Shown here: piece by piece, positions 13,201 to 24,230 of the stretch
Layout: each line of letters begins with the position of its first letter
Numbering within the stretch: the first letter of the stretch is position 1
From: Podarcis vaucheri
Lineage: Eukaryota
DNA length: 64,000 nt
Direction: 5' to 3' (one strand)
NCBI GenBank assembly: GCA_965113315.1
Contig: OZ220378.1
Notes under the pieces: model-generated
Seen by the model: only the letters and a program-made list of their open reading frames with translations
Databases searched by the model: none
What the model was told of the DNA's origin: nothing
Translations under genes and position numbers: made by a program

Positions 13201-16200
13201 TCAAAGTCAAGTCGCAACTGCACCTCTTCAAGCAATGCACCCTGGGGATTAACGGTTTTAAGAAAAAGGAAACAAACTTGCAAGACGTTTTCATCTTGCG
13301 AAGCAAGCCCATAGGGAAATTCGTCCTGCGAAGCAGCTCAAAAAACGCAAAACCCTTTCGTCTAGCGAGTTTTTCGTCTTACAAGGCATTCGTCTTGCGG
13401 GGCACCATTGTATTGGGTCAGATCATTGGTTCATCTGTACTGTCTACACTGGGGAGAGACAGGCCTCAGGCCCCTCAGGATTATTCTCAGGCCACACCCC
13501 TCGCTGGACCTCCTTCATACTCTCCTTGAGTGCATTTGCTTGGCTGAAAAATGCCTGACTTTAAGGAAGGATGGAGAAACCCTCTGACTCGTGTGTGGCT
13601 AAAATGAAGCCTGCCATACGCAGGAAGGAGGGGCTTCCACTGCCCTGCAGACTTTTGCCCCTGGCTCTGCCTACTGCTGGTATGTGGCCCCCAGAAAGTT
13701 CCCCCACAAAGGAATGTGGCCCTCAGGATAAAAAGGTCCCACTGTCCCTGGCCCAGCTCGACTGGCAGCTGCTGTCCATGGTTCCAGGCAGGGGACCCCC
13801 CTAGTCCTACCCAGAGATGTCAAGGATTGCAGCAGGACCCTGCTCCGCGCAAGGCAGCTGCTCTGCCAATGAGCTGTCTCTTCCCACGAATGCTGCTCTT
13901 TGTCGCTGCCTCCTTCCCATTTGCTCCCCTTGCTGGAAGCAGACAGAAACAAAAAAGGAGAAAGAAGATATATTGGAGGACCTGGCAGTTGTTAACCCAG
14001 GTGGCACTTAGGTGGCACCTTTAATAATTGTGCAGCAGAAGAGGGGGTTTCAACAGGTGCTGCTTTGTGAAGCAAGCTTGAAGCTGCTGCGATCCCCACT
14101 TCTGCACAACTAGTAAAGGTGCAGGAGCTCTGCCTTCATTTCTACTTAACCACATGACTTGTGGGCCAGGAGGCCAATATTTGCCAACCCCTATTCTAGC
14201 CTTTGGGTGCTGTGACCGGCTAAAGAGCCTCCAGGGACTGGGGAACTCTGACTCTTCTGTACATTTTTGGGAAAACATAGAAACAGCTTTTCTGTGTGCC
14301 TGTGGCTTTTTGTTACTGATTATCCCTTCTTTTCCCTCTTACAGGCTTATCATTCCACTCTTATGGACCCAGACACCAAACTGACTGGGAACATGGCGTT
14401 GTTGCCTATCAGGAGTCAGTTCAAAGGGCCGGCACCCAAGGAAAGTAAGTTCACAGCAGGCCTCAAAAGGGTGTTTTCCGCAACATGGAAGGTTTGTCCC
14501 TCAGTGGTAGAACATCTGCCTTGTACACAGAAGGCCCCAGGTTCAATCCTCCAATAGGACTGGAAGGGTTTCCCTGCCGGAAACTCTGGAGAGCTGCTGC
14601 CAGTCAGTACAGACAGTACTAGGCTAGATGGACCAAGGGCCTGGCTATGTTAGGATGCTGAAGCAGTTTATCATTTGCATCTGACAGAGTTACCCCAGCC
14701 ACTCTGGGTTGCTTGGGAACTACACTTCCCAGGATTCCTGGGGGGAAGCCATGACTGCTTAAAGTGGTGTGGTACTGCTTTAAATGTACACTGCAAATTG
14801 AGTCTAGAAAAAAAATGCCTATGTAAACAAATGTGTTCTTAATAGTTCTCGGAAGCACCCTGATAGGAAGAGGTATTTCTAAGAGGGGTCTCCCCTACAG
14901 AGAAGTCCCTTTTCTGTGCTGTTGTCAAGCAACATATTTTGAAAAGCAGCACCATTAATGAGGTTTAGGGTGCATGTCAAAGCATTCTGTGTAGGCATGC
15001 AGTTTACATGGATAGTTCCTGAGCTCTGTATTCTACCAAGGTAAAGGACCCCTGACCATTAGGTCCAGTCGTGGACGACTCTGGGGTTGTGGCACTCATC
15101 TCACTTTACTGGCTGAGGGAGCCGGTGTTTGTCTGCAGACAGCTTCTGGGTCATGTGGCCAGCATGACTAAGCCACTTCTGGCGAAACCAGAGCAGCGCA
15201 TGGAAACGCCGTTTACCTTCCCACCAGAGCGGTACCTATTTATCTACTTGCACTTTGACGTGCTTTCGAACTGCTAGGTTGGCAGGAGCTGGGACCGAGC
15301 AACAGGAGCTCACCCCATTGTGGGGATTTGAACTGCCGACCTTCCTATCGGCAAGCCCTAGGCTCTGTGGTTTGGAACACAGCGCCACCCTAACCTTATG
15401 TATATTATTTAAAGTACAGTACTAGAAACTGAAGCTGCAATCCTTTAAATGCATTCTTAGCTGGGAGTAAGTCCAATTGAACTTGGTGGGGCTTACTTTT
15501 GCATTGTCAATCAGACATCTTCAGGAGTCAGCTTGCATTTCTTGCGATACCTTGTTTTCTTATAATATTCCAAGTACATCTATCTTCTTTCTCTTTCTTG
15601 GTAGCAAAAGATACAGACATCATAGATGAAGCCATTTACTACTTCAAAGCAAATGTCTTCTTTAAAAATTATGAAATCAAGGTAAGGAGGATGGGAAAAC
15701 CTGCTTTAAAATGCTTGCTGTGCATTCTGGAGGGCCAGGGACTTGTTTTCGGAAACATAGGATTGTATCTACTTGGAGCTGACCCATTGACATTAATGGG
15801 CATGGCTAACTTAGATCCATCAATTTCAGTGGTTCTACTCTGAGTAGAACTTAAATGGACACAACCCAAAGAAATTAAATACAGACATAAGAGTGACTTA
15901 AGTACCCAAAAACAAAACAAAACAACCTGTGATTTGCATATTAAAGGGATCAGTTGCTCCTGCTATTAGAACAGCCCTGCTGGAAGGTTCCCCTTGTCCA
16001 GGGCCTCTTTTCTCAAAATAGGCCAGCCAGAAGGTTCCAGCAGGGATGAAGGCAATTTCCCCGGTCAGCTGGTGTGCGGAGGTTGACTGCATCTGGATAA
16101 GGAGGCTCCATTATCCTGGCTAATAAACCTGTCCCCCCTTGTCTGATCCCTTTTTAAAGTCTTTTAAAATATTGATGCATTAATCATGTATTGAACAAGG

Positions 16201-19200
16201 ACATTCCCAATGATTTTCAATCAGCTCTAGTATTATAGAAGAGGAACAGTGTGTGTGTTGAATAATCCCCATGCATGACATTCACACGATGAGTGGCAAT
16301 GCTTATGGTTCACTGGTTTGAATCCCCTTCCTCCCACTTGGTCTGTTTCATCTGCTTTCATATTGCTGTTTTATTGGCTCTAGGCTGCATATTTATTTTA
16401 TTTTTTTATAAGATATTTATTAATATTTTTTAAGATATTACAATACAAAATGAAAAAGAGAGAAAAAAATACAAAATAAAAATGATTAAAAACCACTCCA
16501 TTTTTCTATTACTTATTTTCCTTAGCTTGTTTCTCAGACCTCCTCATACCTCCCTTTTTTGTATTCCAATTCAATCCTTACCCTCTTTGTTTATCCTAAT
16601 CTTTGGTCTTAAAATAGTAACATTAGATTTTTCCCTATTAGCAACCCATTTTTCATATTCCCTTAAAGCATTACAGCTGGAAACCACTTAATTTCTATCC
16701 AACATCATTCTAACATTCATTAATTTTACAATATTTCTGTAGATAGTCTTTAAATTTCTTCCAATCTTCTTCCACCGACTCTTCTCCCTGGTCTCGGATT
16801 CTGCCAGTCATTTCTGTCAGTTCCATATAGTCCATCAGCTTCATCTGCCATTCTTCCAGGGTGGGTAGATCTTGTGTCTTCCTCTAGGCTGCATTTTTAG
16901 TAACTATTTTTTTTTATTTAAAAAAAGGGTTGTATGCTGCTTACAGATTTTAAATAACCAATAGAAACTACGGCGCAATCTTAACACAACGAGGAGGTGC
17001 TAGTTGGTTTGGGCAAACTAAGATTGCAGAAAGAGGTGAAGAAAAGAGATATTAAGTTTTCCCAGGAGATGACTTGGATTTATTTTTATTTTTAGAATGA
17101 GGCCGACAGAACTTTGATCTACATAACACTCTACATTACGGAGTGCTTGAAAAAGCTGCAGAAGGTAACAGCATTGAAAAGGGCACTAGCCTTGTCTGCC
17201 TCCATGGACTTTGTCTGCCAAGGGTAATGAGTCAGGATGTTGCTCTCATTCCCAGGAAGCGCCGGTGGGGAGAATGCCTTTGGGCCCCCATCCTGCTTGT
17301 GAGCTTCCCAGGAGTAAATGGTTGGCCACTGTGAGAACAGAATCCTGCTTTCAGACCCAGCCAGGAGGATGTTCCTTATGTGCTGAGAGCTGGTTGTTGC
17401 TTTTAAGCCGAAGGAAATAAAAGTTTAAAAACAAGAAAATATAAATGTATTATTTTCCTATGTCTGTCCTTTTTGGGGATGGGGTTGAAAATTAAAATAA
17501 AACTGTAACCGTTCTTAGGGATTACAGTGGGTATGGGGATACTGCCGAGCAAGTCCCTTTGAACACAGCAGAACTTGCTTCTGAGTAAAGACACATAGGA
17601 TCCTGCTGTAATCCTACCAGTTGTGTGTTGCGTGTACATTACGTTTTGTGTTGTCTTAAGTAGCTCATGCTTCCTTGTGCTCTCTTTTCCTCCAGTGTAA
17701 TTCCAAAGGCCAGGGAGAAAAAGAAATGTATACATTAGGAATAACAAATTTCCCCATCCCTGGAGAGCCAGGATTTCCACTGAACGCTCTCTATGCCAGA
17801 CCTAGCAGCAAACAGGAAGAAGGTAAGGGCAAGGTAACAATGCGGACTGCAAGCTTGAATTGGTGGATTTAATCCACTTACAGCTGAATCTTAAATATGC
17901 TCATTCATCAGCCTTACTGAACTAAAGGGGGCTTACCTCTGGATTAAGGGTGTACAGGATAGGATTGGATCCTTCCTCTCATTGCATTTAGAGTAGGACG
18001 CAAAGCAGCCTCTGCCCCCATTTCCCCACAACTTCATTTTCAGTGTAGCATTTCCTCAAGCTCCTACTCTTTCAATCTTGCGAACCTACAACTTGATTTA
18101 GAGGTCTGGGTGTGCCTGTGCCCCTTGCAGTCTGATGGAAAGAGCAGCTCTGCCTGGGCAACAGAATGGGCAGATGGGCTTTCTCCATCTGATCGGGGAG
18201 ACTTTTCATGGCAGCTTGCTGCTTGTGAACCAGCATCACGTTCCTAGGAACCACAGGCTTCAGGTGTTCACTTAGTCCAGCAGAGAACATCCCAGCTTGT
18301 TTTGTAGGCAGCTTTCAAAGAGAGGAGAGGGGCAAAGCCAGCTTCAGCTGCAGGCTGGCTGCCGAAACCACCTTTTGGGAGGTGGCATAGCAAAACTAGT
18401 TGCAAGGTGTTGAAAATACCGTATTATTTGGGAAAGCAGGACACCACGAGGCTGTTTAGTATGAGAATGGGAGAAAATCATTTAACATGGTTTTATTGTA
18501 CTTGTATTTATTTAATGTGTTTATATCTACTGTATGTGTTTATATCTACTGTAAACTTTTGGGATCAACAGATAAATGGAAATATTATTAATATTTTTTT
18601 TAATTCATCAAAACTGTGACTGAATGGGAGCTATAATATGATCTGGCCGTGGTTGTACGTCTTTGTTTTTCAGAGATTATGAGGGCCTACTTGCAGCAGC
18701 TGAGGCAGGAAACCGGCCTGAGGCTTTGTGAAAAGGTCTTTGATCCCCAGAGTGACAAACCAAGCAAGGTCAGATATTGATCTCCTCTGTGACTTGGCTC
18801 TATTTAAGCTAGGAGTGCCTCCCCTGTGGTGGCCGTGGGGACTCCCTTCAGTCCCAGCCAAGTTAGCCATCCTTGGTTTAAGTCTCAGCAGACTCCTGAC
18901 AGAACAGACCTGGGGAACCAGTGGCCTTCCAGATGTTGGACTACAGAGCCCATCATCCCTGATCACTGGCCACCACACTGGCTCAGGCTGATGGGGGATA
19001 AAAGTCCAACACCTTCTGAGTGCCACAGGTTCCCCACCTCTGCCTTATGTTTTTTGGGTTTTTTAGAAGGACCAGTGGAATTTGGCAAATAATTCATGTA
19101 TTTAATTAAAAATTCTCTGTTCATATCTACGTTATCAGTTGTGTACATCCATGGCAATGCCCTCAGGGTGTTGGATTCCCATCTTCCCTGCCTCAGCAAG

Positions 19201-20605
19201 CGTTGTCACTGGTCAGAGATGATGACAGTTACAGTGCAAGGACATCTGGAGAGCCCAGGCTGGGGCAGGCTGTTTTATGGCATTGTACCTTAAGCCGTGC
19301 GCTGCTCTGGTTCGCCAGAAGCGACTTAGTCATGCTGGCCACGTGACCCGGAAGCTGTACGCCGGCTTCCTCGGCCAATAAAGTGAGATGAGCGCCGCAA
19401 CCCCAGAGTCTGTCACGACTGGACCTAATGGTCAGGGGTCCCTTTACCCTTTACCTTACCTTAAGCCAATTGGATAGGGTGTGGTATATTACAAAATAAA
19501 TACAGAGAGTCTATCAGTAATCAGGGTGTGTTTTGTATGACTATCTTTTTACTTTACAACATCTAGCTAGAGCAGCACCATACTTGATTGCAGAGCCAGG
19601 ATGGCTGCCAAACAGAAGCTGTGTGTTTAGTTTTCCCCAAAAGTCTCTTGTGGGAGATCAGAGGGGAACGTGGCACACAGCTTCAGTTTTTCGCAGCAGC
19701 CTCATGTCTGCTATCAAGTCCAGTTATACATGGGGCTGCCTCAGTTTGGAAAGCAGCCAGGTTGATCGGTGCAAGGCAGTTTGAGCATATAACACTAATC
19801 CTGGCCCAACTGCACTGGCTGCCAGTTAGTTTATGGGTCCAATTCCAAGTGCTGGTTTTCACCTATAAAGCCTTAAGTGGCTCAAGACTGCAACACCTCA
19901 AGGACCGCCTCTCCGCACCTGAGCAACTCCGGACCCTGTGATCAGCATCTGAGGCCCTTTCTTTGTGTGCCTCCTCAATGAGAGGTCTGGAAGGGAGCAA
20001 CATGAGAACAGGCCTTTTCTGTGGTGGCTCCCCATTTGTGGGAGGTTCGCCTGGCACCTTCTTCACATATTTTTAGGCATCAGGCAAAAACATTCCTCTT
20101 CTCCCAGGCCTTTGGCTGGTTAAACAATCTATGGCCTTTTAAACTATGGAGGGGGTTATTATTATGTTAAGTATGCCTGTGTTTTAAAACTAAACTGCCC
20201 TGTGATCCTCGGATGAAGGGCAGTATAGAAATTTATTATTATTATTAATTATTTTGTGAAGTAATTTACAAAACATTGCGAAGTAAAAGCATGGATAATA
20301 CGAACCCACAGTATGTGATGTCATCTCACTGAGATGTTACACCAGCCAATCACGTGCTCCTGGTGTGACAATGTCATGTCACATCATGAATTTTGTTAGA
20401 CGTTAATGAGAGATCGGGGAGTGCAGGGTTGTATTTTTCACTGCGATGTCTTTGAAGACAAGTTGCAGGGTGGAAACTTGGATGTATTTCCACTTCTTCG
20501 CTCCATTTTCACACTTCCTCTTCTTTTCCCTTTGTCTCCTAGTGGTGGATGTGTTTTGTGAAAAGACAGTTCATGAACAAGAGCCTGTCGGGACCAGGGC
20601 AGTGA
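10272..20605 (+). CDS. ARPC3: Actin-related protein 2/3 complex subunit 3, complete 178 aa; join 10272-10277,14345-14444,15605-15681,17096-17164,17696-17822,18674-18768,20543-20605
   Basis: Exons sum to 537 nt; [33 protein letters not shown]...[20 protein letters not shown]; AATAAA at 20796. Confidence 0.97.
11162..11387. mobile_element. Tigger/pogo-like MITE, 226 bp
   Basis: TA TSD, TIR cagtgatacct/aggtaccactg; same length and family as 54642. Confidence 0.85.
12514..13410. mobile_element. Tigger/pogo-like non-autonomous element, 897 bp
   Basis: TA TSD; TIR cagtggtgcctcgcaagacgaa/ttcgtcttgcggggcaccattg; no transposase ORF. Confidence 0.8.
14345..14444 (+). CDS. ARPC3: ARPC3 exon 2
   Basis: acag|GCT TAT CAT...GAA A|gtaag. 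Confidence 0.95.
14490..14650 (+). mobile_element. tRNA-derived SINE (related copies ~3935-4100, 43565-43690)
   Basis: ctcagtggtagaacatctgc...ggttcaatcc...gaaactctggagagctgctgccagtcagt. Confidence 0.6.
15038..15390 (-). mobile_element. Sauria-type SINE
   Basis: Reverse complement of the 8876 copy. Confidence 0.85.
15605..15681 (+). CDS. ARPC3: ARPC3 exon 3
   Basis: [25 protein letters not shown]|gtaag. Confidence 0.95.
16391..16881 (-). mobile_element. L1-type LINE 3' fragment with TSD in ARPC3 intron 3
   Basis: (-) [22 protein letters not shown]...[10 protein letters not shown]-rich tail, TSD CTCTAGGCTGCAT at 16378-16390 and 16882-16894. Confidence 0.8.
17096..17164 (+). CDS. ARPC3: ARPC3 exon 4
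   Basis: [23 protein letters not shown]|gtaac. Confidence 0.95.
17696..17822 (+). CDS. ARPC3: ARPC3 exon 5
   Basis: [42 protein letters not shown]|gtaag. Confidence 0.95.
18674..18768 (+). CDS. ARPC3: ARPC3 exon 6
   Basis: [31 protein letters not shown]|gtcag. Confidence 0.95.
19297..19456 (+). mobile_element. Sauria-type SINE, 5'-truncated
   Basis: 3' half only; TSD TACCTTAAGCC at 19286 and 19457. Confidence 0.85.
19760..20250 (+). mobile_element. L2 LINE 3' fragment
   Basis: [30 protein letters not shown]; (TTA)n tail. Confidence 0.8.
20543..20605 (+). CDS. ARPC3: ARPC3 exon 7
   Basis: tag|TGG TGG ATG...CAG TGA. Confidence 0.95.
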   Translation, partial: WWMCFVKRQFMNKSLSGPGQ

Positions 20606-22538
20606 AGAGAGGCGTGTGGCTGTCTTGCCAAAGCACTTTGCTGCCAGATGTATAAAATTTTGCCTCTGTTTTAATATATGTTTTCTACCGAGAGAATAAG
20701 CGCTTCTGTGGGGGAAAGATACCCACCGGTGGATGAAAAGGTGGAGCTAAAATCATGTGCAAACCTTGCTGAGCTGGAGCTTTATCACGATGAGGAATAA
20801 AATGTGGTTTCTAGCATCGTTTGGGCTGTTCTTGTGTCTTTGACAAAAATGGGTGAGGAACCTTTAGGCCCTGGGTCAACTGTGGCCCTCCAAGCCTTTT
20901 TGTCTGGCCCTTAAGATTCTCCTCACTGGCCTTCTCTGTATTTTTTATTGCTTTTGCCTGGCTGGAGTATGTCCATCAACTGTGATAACACCTCTGACTT
21001 TTATGTGGCTACTTTACAAAAGTCAGAGCCACGTCCCCTGCTTTGCCCACTTCCGCCCTGCCTGCTGCTTTCATATTGTTCCCTTTAAAGTTCCCTAGGA
21101 GGGAATGTGACTCTTGGGCTGCAAAAGGTTCTCCACCCCTTTCAGACTGTTCTGGAGTACCCTGGAGACCCTCAGAAGCCTATTGGGGAGGTTCTCAGTT
21201 GGAAGATCAGCAGCGACCAACAAGTTTCCTTGAAAGACAGTTGCTTTCCCAGCACTACGGATCTCCCAGCACAGCTGGGGCACATGCTCAGTTTGGCTGT
21301 GAGCTTGGCTGCAAAGCCCACACACCAGTGAACTGTGTGACCAAGAATACATCCCAGGATCTTTTGGGTTCTATGGGAGACAGGCTGGCCCATCCCAAAT
21401 GCTTATCTCAGTTGGCAGATTGGGAGGAGCAACAAAATCAGGACACCCACCCCAGTGCACACCACCTGTGTGTCAGAAGGAGTATGACTGTTTGTCTGTT
21501 GCTGTCACACTGCTTGAACTTCCATTGCTGGCAGTTTTGTGGCCAGGCAAAGCCACACAAGCCGTGCGACAGCTTCTCCGCAATGCCTGCAGTAAGTTGC
21601 AGCAGGGTAAAGAGGATCCCATATCCTGGGTGCTAAAATGGCTTGGGTCAGCCCTGGAGACAGGCTGCGGGTTGTTAAACAGACCAGCAAGTAAGGGCAA
21701 AGGATTCTCTTCTTGCTTAAGAAGAGCAAGGTAAATTTACTCCAGGGGTTGCCAAACTTTTCAGCAAGTGGGCATTTTTAGAAATCCATGAGTGTGGATG
21801 CCAGTCCCAAAATGGCTGTTGTGGGGGGCGGGGGGATATGGCATAACACAATGGCAGCTGCAGGGTGTGTGGCAAAATGCAAGAAGGCTGCCATATCTAA
21901 AAGAGCAGAAAAAGACGAGTGCACAATCTGCTGGGGGCATCCTCTGTGTCTTCTCATGCACCACAGATTTTTTAAGGGGATATTTATGGAAACATGCTGT
22001 GGCTGCCTAGCTAGTGACCCCTGACTTGAACTCATAACAACATAAAATTTGGAATGAGCTGAATAGCTTTTCAGGTCAGTTTGTTGTTAGACAAGACAGT
22101 AAATCGGCTAGAGCAGCGAGGTGCAGTGAATAATGTCAGACTAGGACCTGGGAGAGACCAAGGTTTAATTCCCCACTAGGCAGTGAAGTTCACTGAGTGA
22201 CCTTGGGCCAGTTACAGACCCTCAGCCTGGCCTACCTCCCAGGGTGGTTGTGAGGATAAAACGGGAAAAGAGAAGCATGCACCCCAGATTGAGCTCTTTG
22301 GGTATAAATATAATGAAATCCTGCAACAAAGCTAAGCAAGAAATGTGCCTCCATAACCAAATATATTTAAATGATGCTAGACTAGATGGGACCTTTGGTC
22401 TGATCCAGCAGGACTCTGATGTTCTTACTCTTGAGGAACCCACCTCGTAAGAGGCTTTGTCTCAGGGAATTTTTATCTTTTCAACGTTTTTAATTTGTGC
22501 AGCTTTTTAGTAGCTGATTTTTACCTTCTTGTTCCTTG

Positions 22539-23112
22539 CATAGCTGTCAAGTGTCCCTTATTTGAAGGGACAGTCCCTTATTCCAGCGCCATGTCCCGCT
22601 GCTGTCCCTTATTGATGGATGTCCCTTAAATGATGTCCCTTAAATTTCAAAGGAAGCAGCTCCTCTCCCTCCCTCCCTGCCGGCCAGGGAGGAGGGAGGC
22701 TCCAACTGTGTTGCTTGGCTGTGTTGCTCACTCAATAAGAAGTCTAAGAACGACTGGGGGGTGGACCTTGCATGCCTTGTGTGTGGCTAGTTAATGCAAG
22801 CTGAGGGGTTTTTTGAATGCTGGACACCATTTTGTTGCACGTGCCGCTGCAAACTTTGCAGTGCAAAGCCAGGCCGGGGAGCCATCTTAAGTTTAGGCTG
22901 CATAGCCTTGTGGTGCATGTGATTCAGATTCTATTCAGTTGAACCTCTGGTTACAAAGTTGGCTGGACAGTGTTCTCAAAGCTACCAGCATGAGTTTGAC
23001 CAGACTGTAGGAGGACAGGAAGACTGGAGTGCCTGGGACAGGTGAGGCTGCAGGTCCCTTATTTTCAAGGCTGCTGATCCCTTATTTTCAAATCTGTAAG
23101 TTGACAGCTATG
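22539..23112. mobile_element. Non-autonomous hAT-type element
   Basis: TIR CATAGCTGTCAA; perfect 8-bp TSD GTTCCTTG; subterminal tcccttatt repeats. Confidence 0.88.
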
Positions 23113-23299
23113 GTTCCTTGTTTTATATTAACGTCTCCCCTTTACTTATTAATGTACTACAGTTGTGTTTTAGCAGTGAAATCTTAGGAGAAAGCCCTAT
23201 TGTTGTATCAAATTCAAGACGAGCAGTGTTTGACCTCCCCCAATGGCGTGCCTTTTCTATTGAAATGTGGGTAAAATCCGCCAAAGGGCTTTGTACCAA

Positions 23300-24230
23300 G
23301 CTGAGGCATAGCTGGGGGTACCTAACGCGCATGCTCAGATATTTTCTCGCTCGCCCTCTGCCTGGGCTGCCTGTGGCTTTGGAGGTACAGCAGTGGCGCC
23401 TAACGCGCATGCTCAGGCCTTTCTTTCGCCGCCCCTCTCTAGTCTAATGGTCTTAGCTAGCGGAGGGTGTCCACACTAACGCCTCATTTCTTTATATTTC
23501 TTATCGCGCTTTTCTGCGTGAACAAGAATATACAAAATATCTTTTTTTAAAAGCGCATAGCGAGTCCAGAGTTAGAGCTGCGGCTCCCGCGGTGAATAAC
23601 TGGGTCATAGCCTACGCAGGCGAACGTCGCGGGCAGCCCCTACCCCCCCTCCCGCCGGGCTGGCGCTTTGTGCAATGGCGTTTTCTGCGCGGGTGTCATG
23701 GCTGCCTTCTCCGCCAGGACCCCTCGGAGAGGCGCCATTTTAGAGTTCCTGAGGCGACCCGGAGCTTTCCCTGCCGCCGAGTTCGTAGCTGCCGCAGCCG
23801 CCTCCTCCTCCTCCGCCCTTCTCTCGGCTCGCCCGCGGCGATGAGCGTGGTAGACCATGTGCGGGAGATGGCGGCCGCCGGGCTCCACTCCAACGTGCGG
23901 CTCCTCAGTGGGCTTCTGCTCACCATGAGCGGCAACAACCCGTGAGTTGGGGGGCGGCCCGAGGAGGGGGGCGGCGGCGGCGCCGCGACTGCAGCCCCAG
24001 AAAGGGCTCGTTTCCCTCGCGCTTCCCCGTCCTCGAACTCCCCCCCCCCGACCGAGCGGCGCCATCCTGCTCCGCCTCTGCTCCCTCGCGTCCCCCGCCG
24101 TCACGACACCCCTGCCAGGTGGGGCGAAAGCGCGCCTGACCCGAGGCTTCGGCCAGGAAGGGCCGCGGCCTCCTGTCCCTTTTTTAATGTGACATTCAAG
24201 GCGACCCTCGTCACACGCCCGGGACTCTGC
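23300..24230 (+). promoter_or_regulatory. CpG island / ANAPC7 promoter
   Basis: Very high GC and CpG density around exon 1; YY1-like CGCCATTTT at 23733; duplicated NRF1-like GCGCATGC motif. Confidence 0.85.
23841..23941 (+). CDS. ANAPC7: ANAPC7 exon 1
   Basis: gcggcgATG AGC...AAC CC|gtgag. Confidence 0.93.

Noticed and set aside
21043-21636. 197-aa ORF after ARPC3
   Set aside because: Non-ATG start, no recognisable domain or splice structure; likely chance ORF or old repeat.
23592-24192. Several ORFs in the CpG island, including an N-terminal extension of ANAPC7
   Set aside because: GC-rich DNA lacks stops; only 23841-23941 matches the conserved protein, and the extension has no upstream in-frame ATG.
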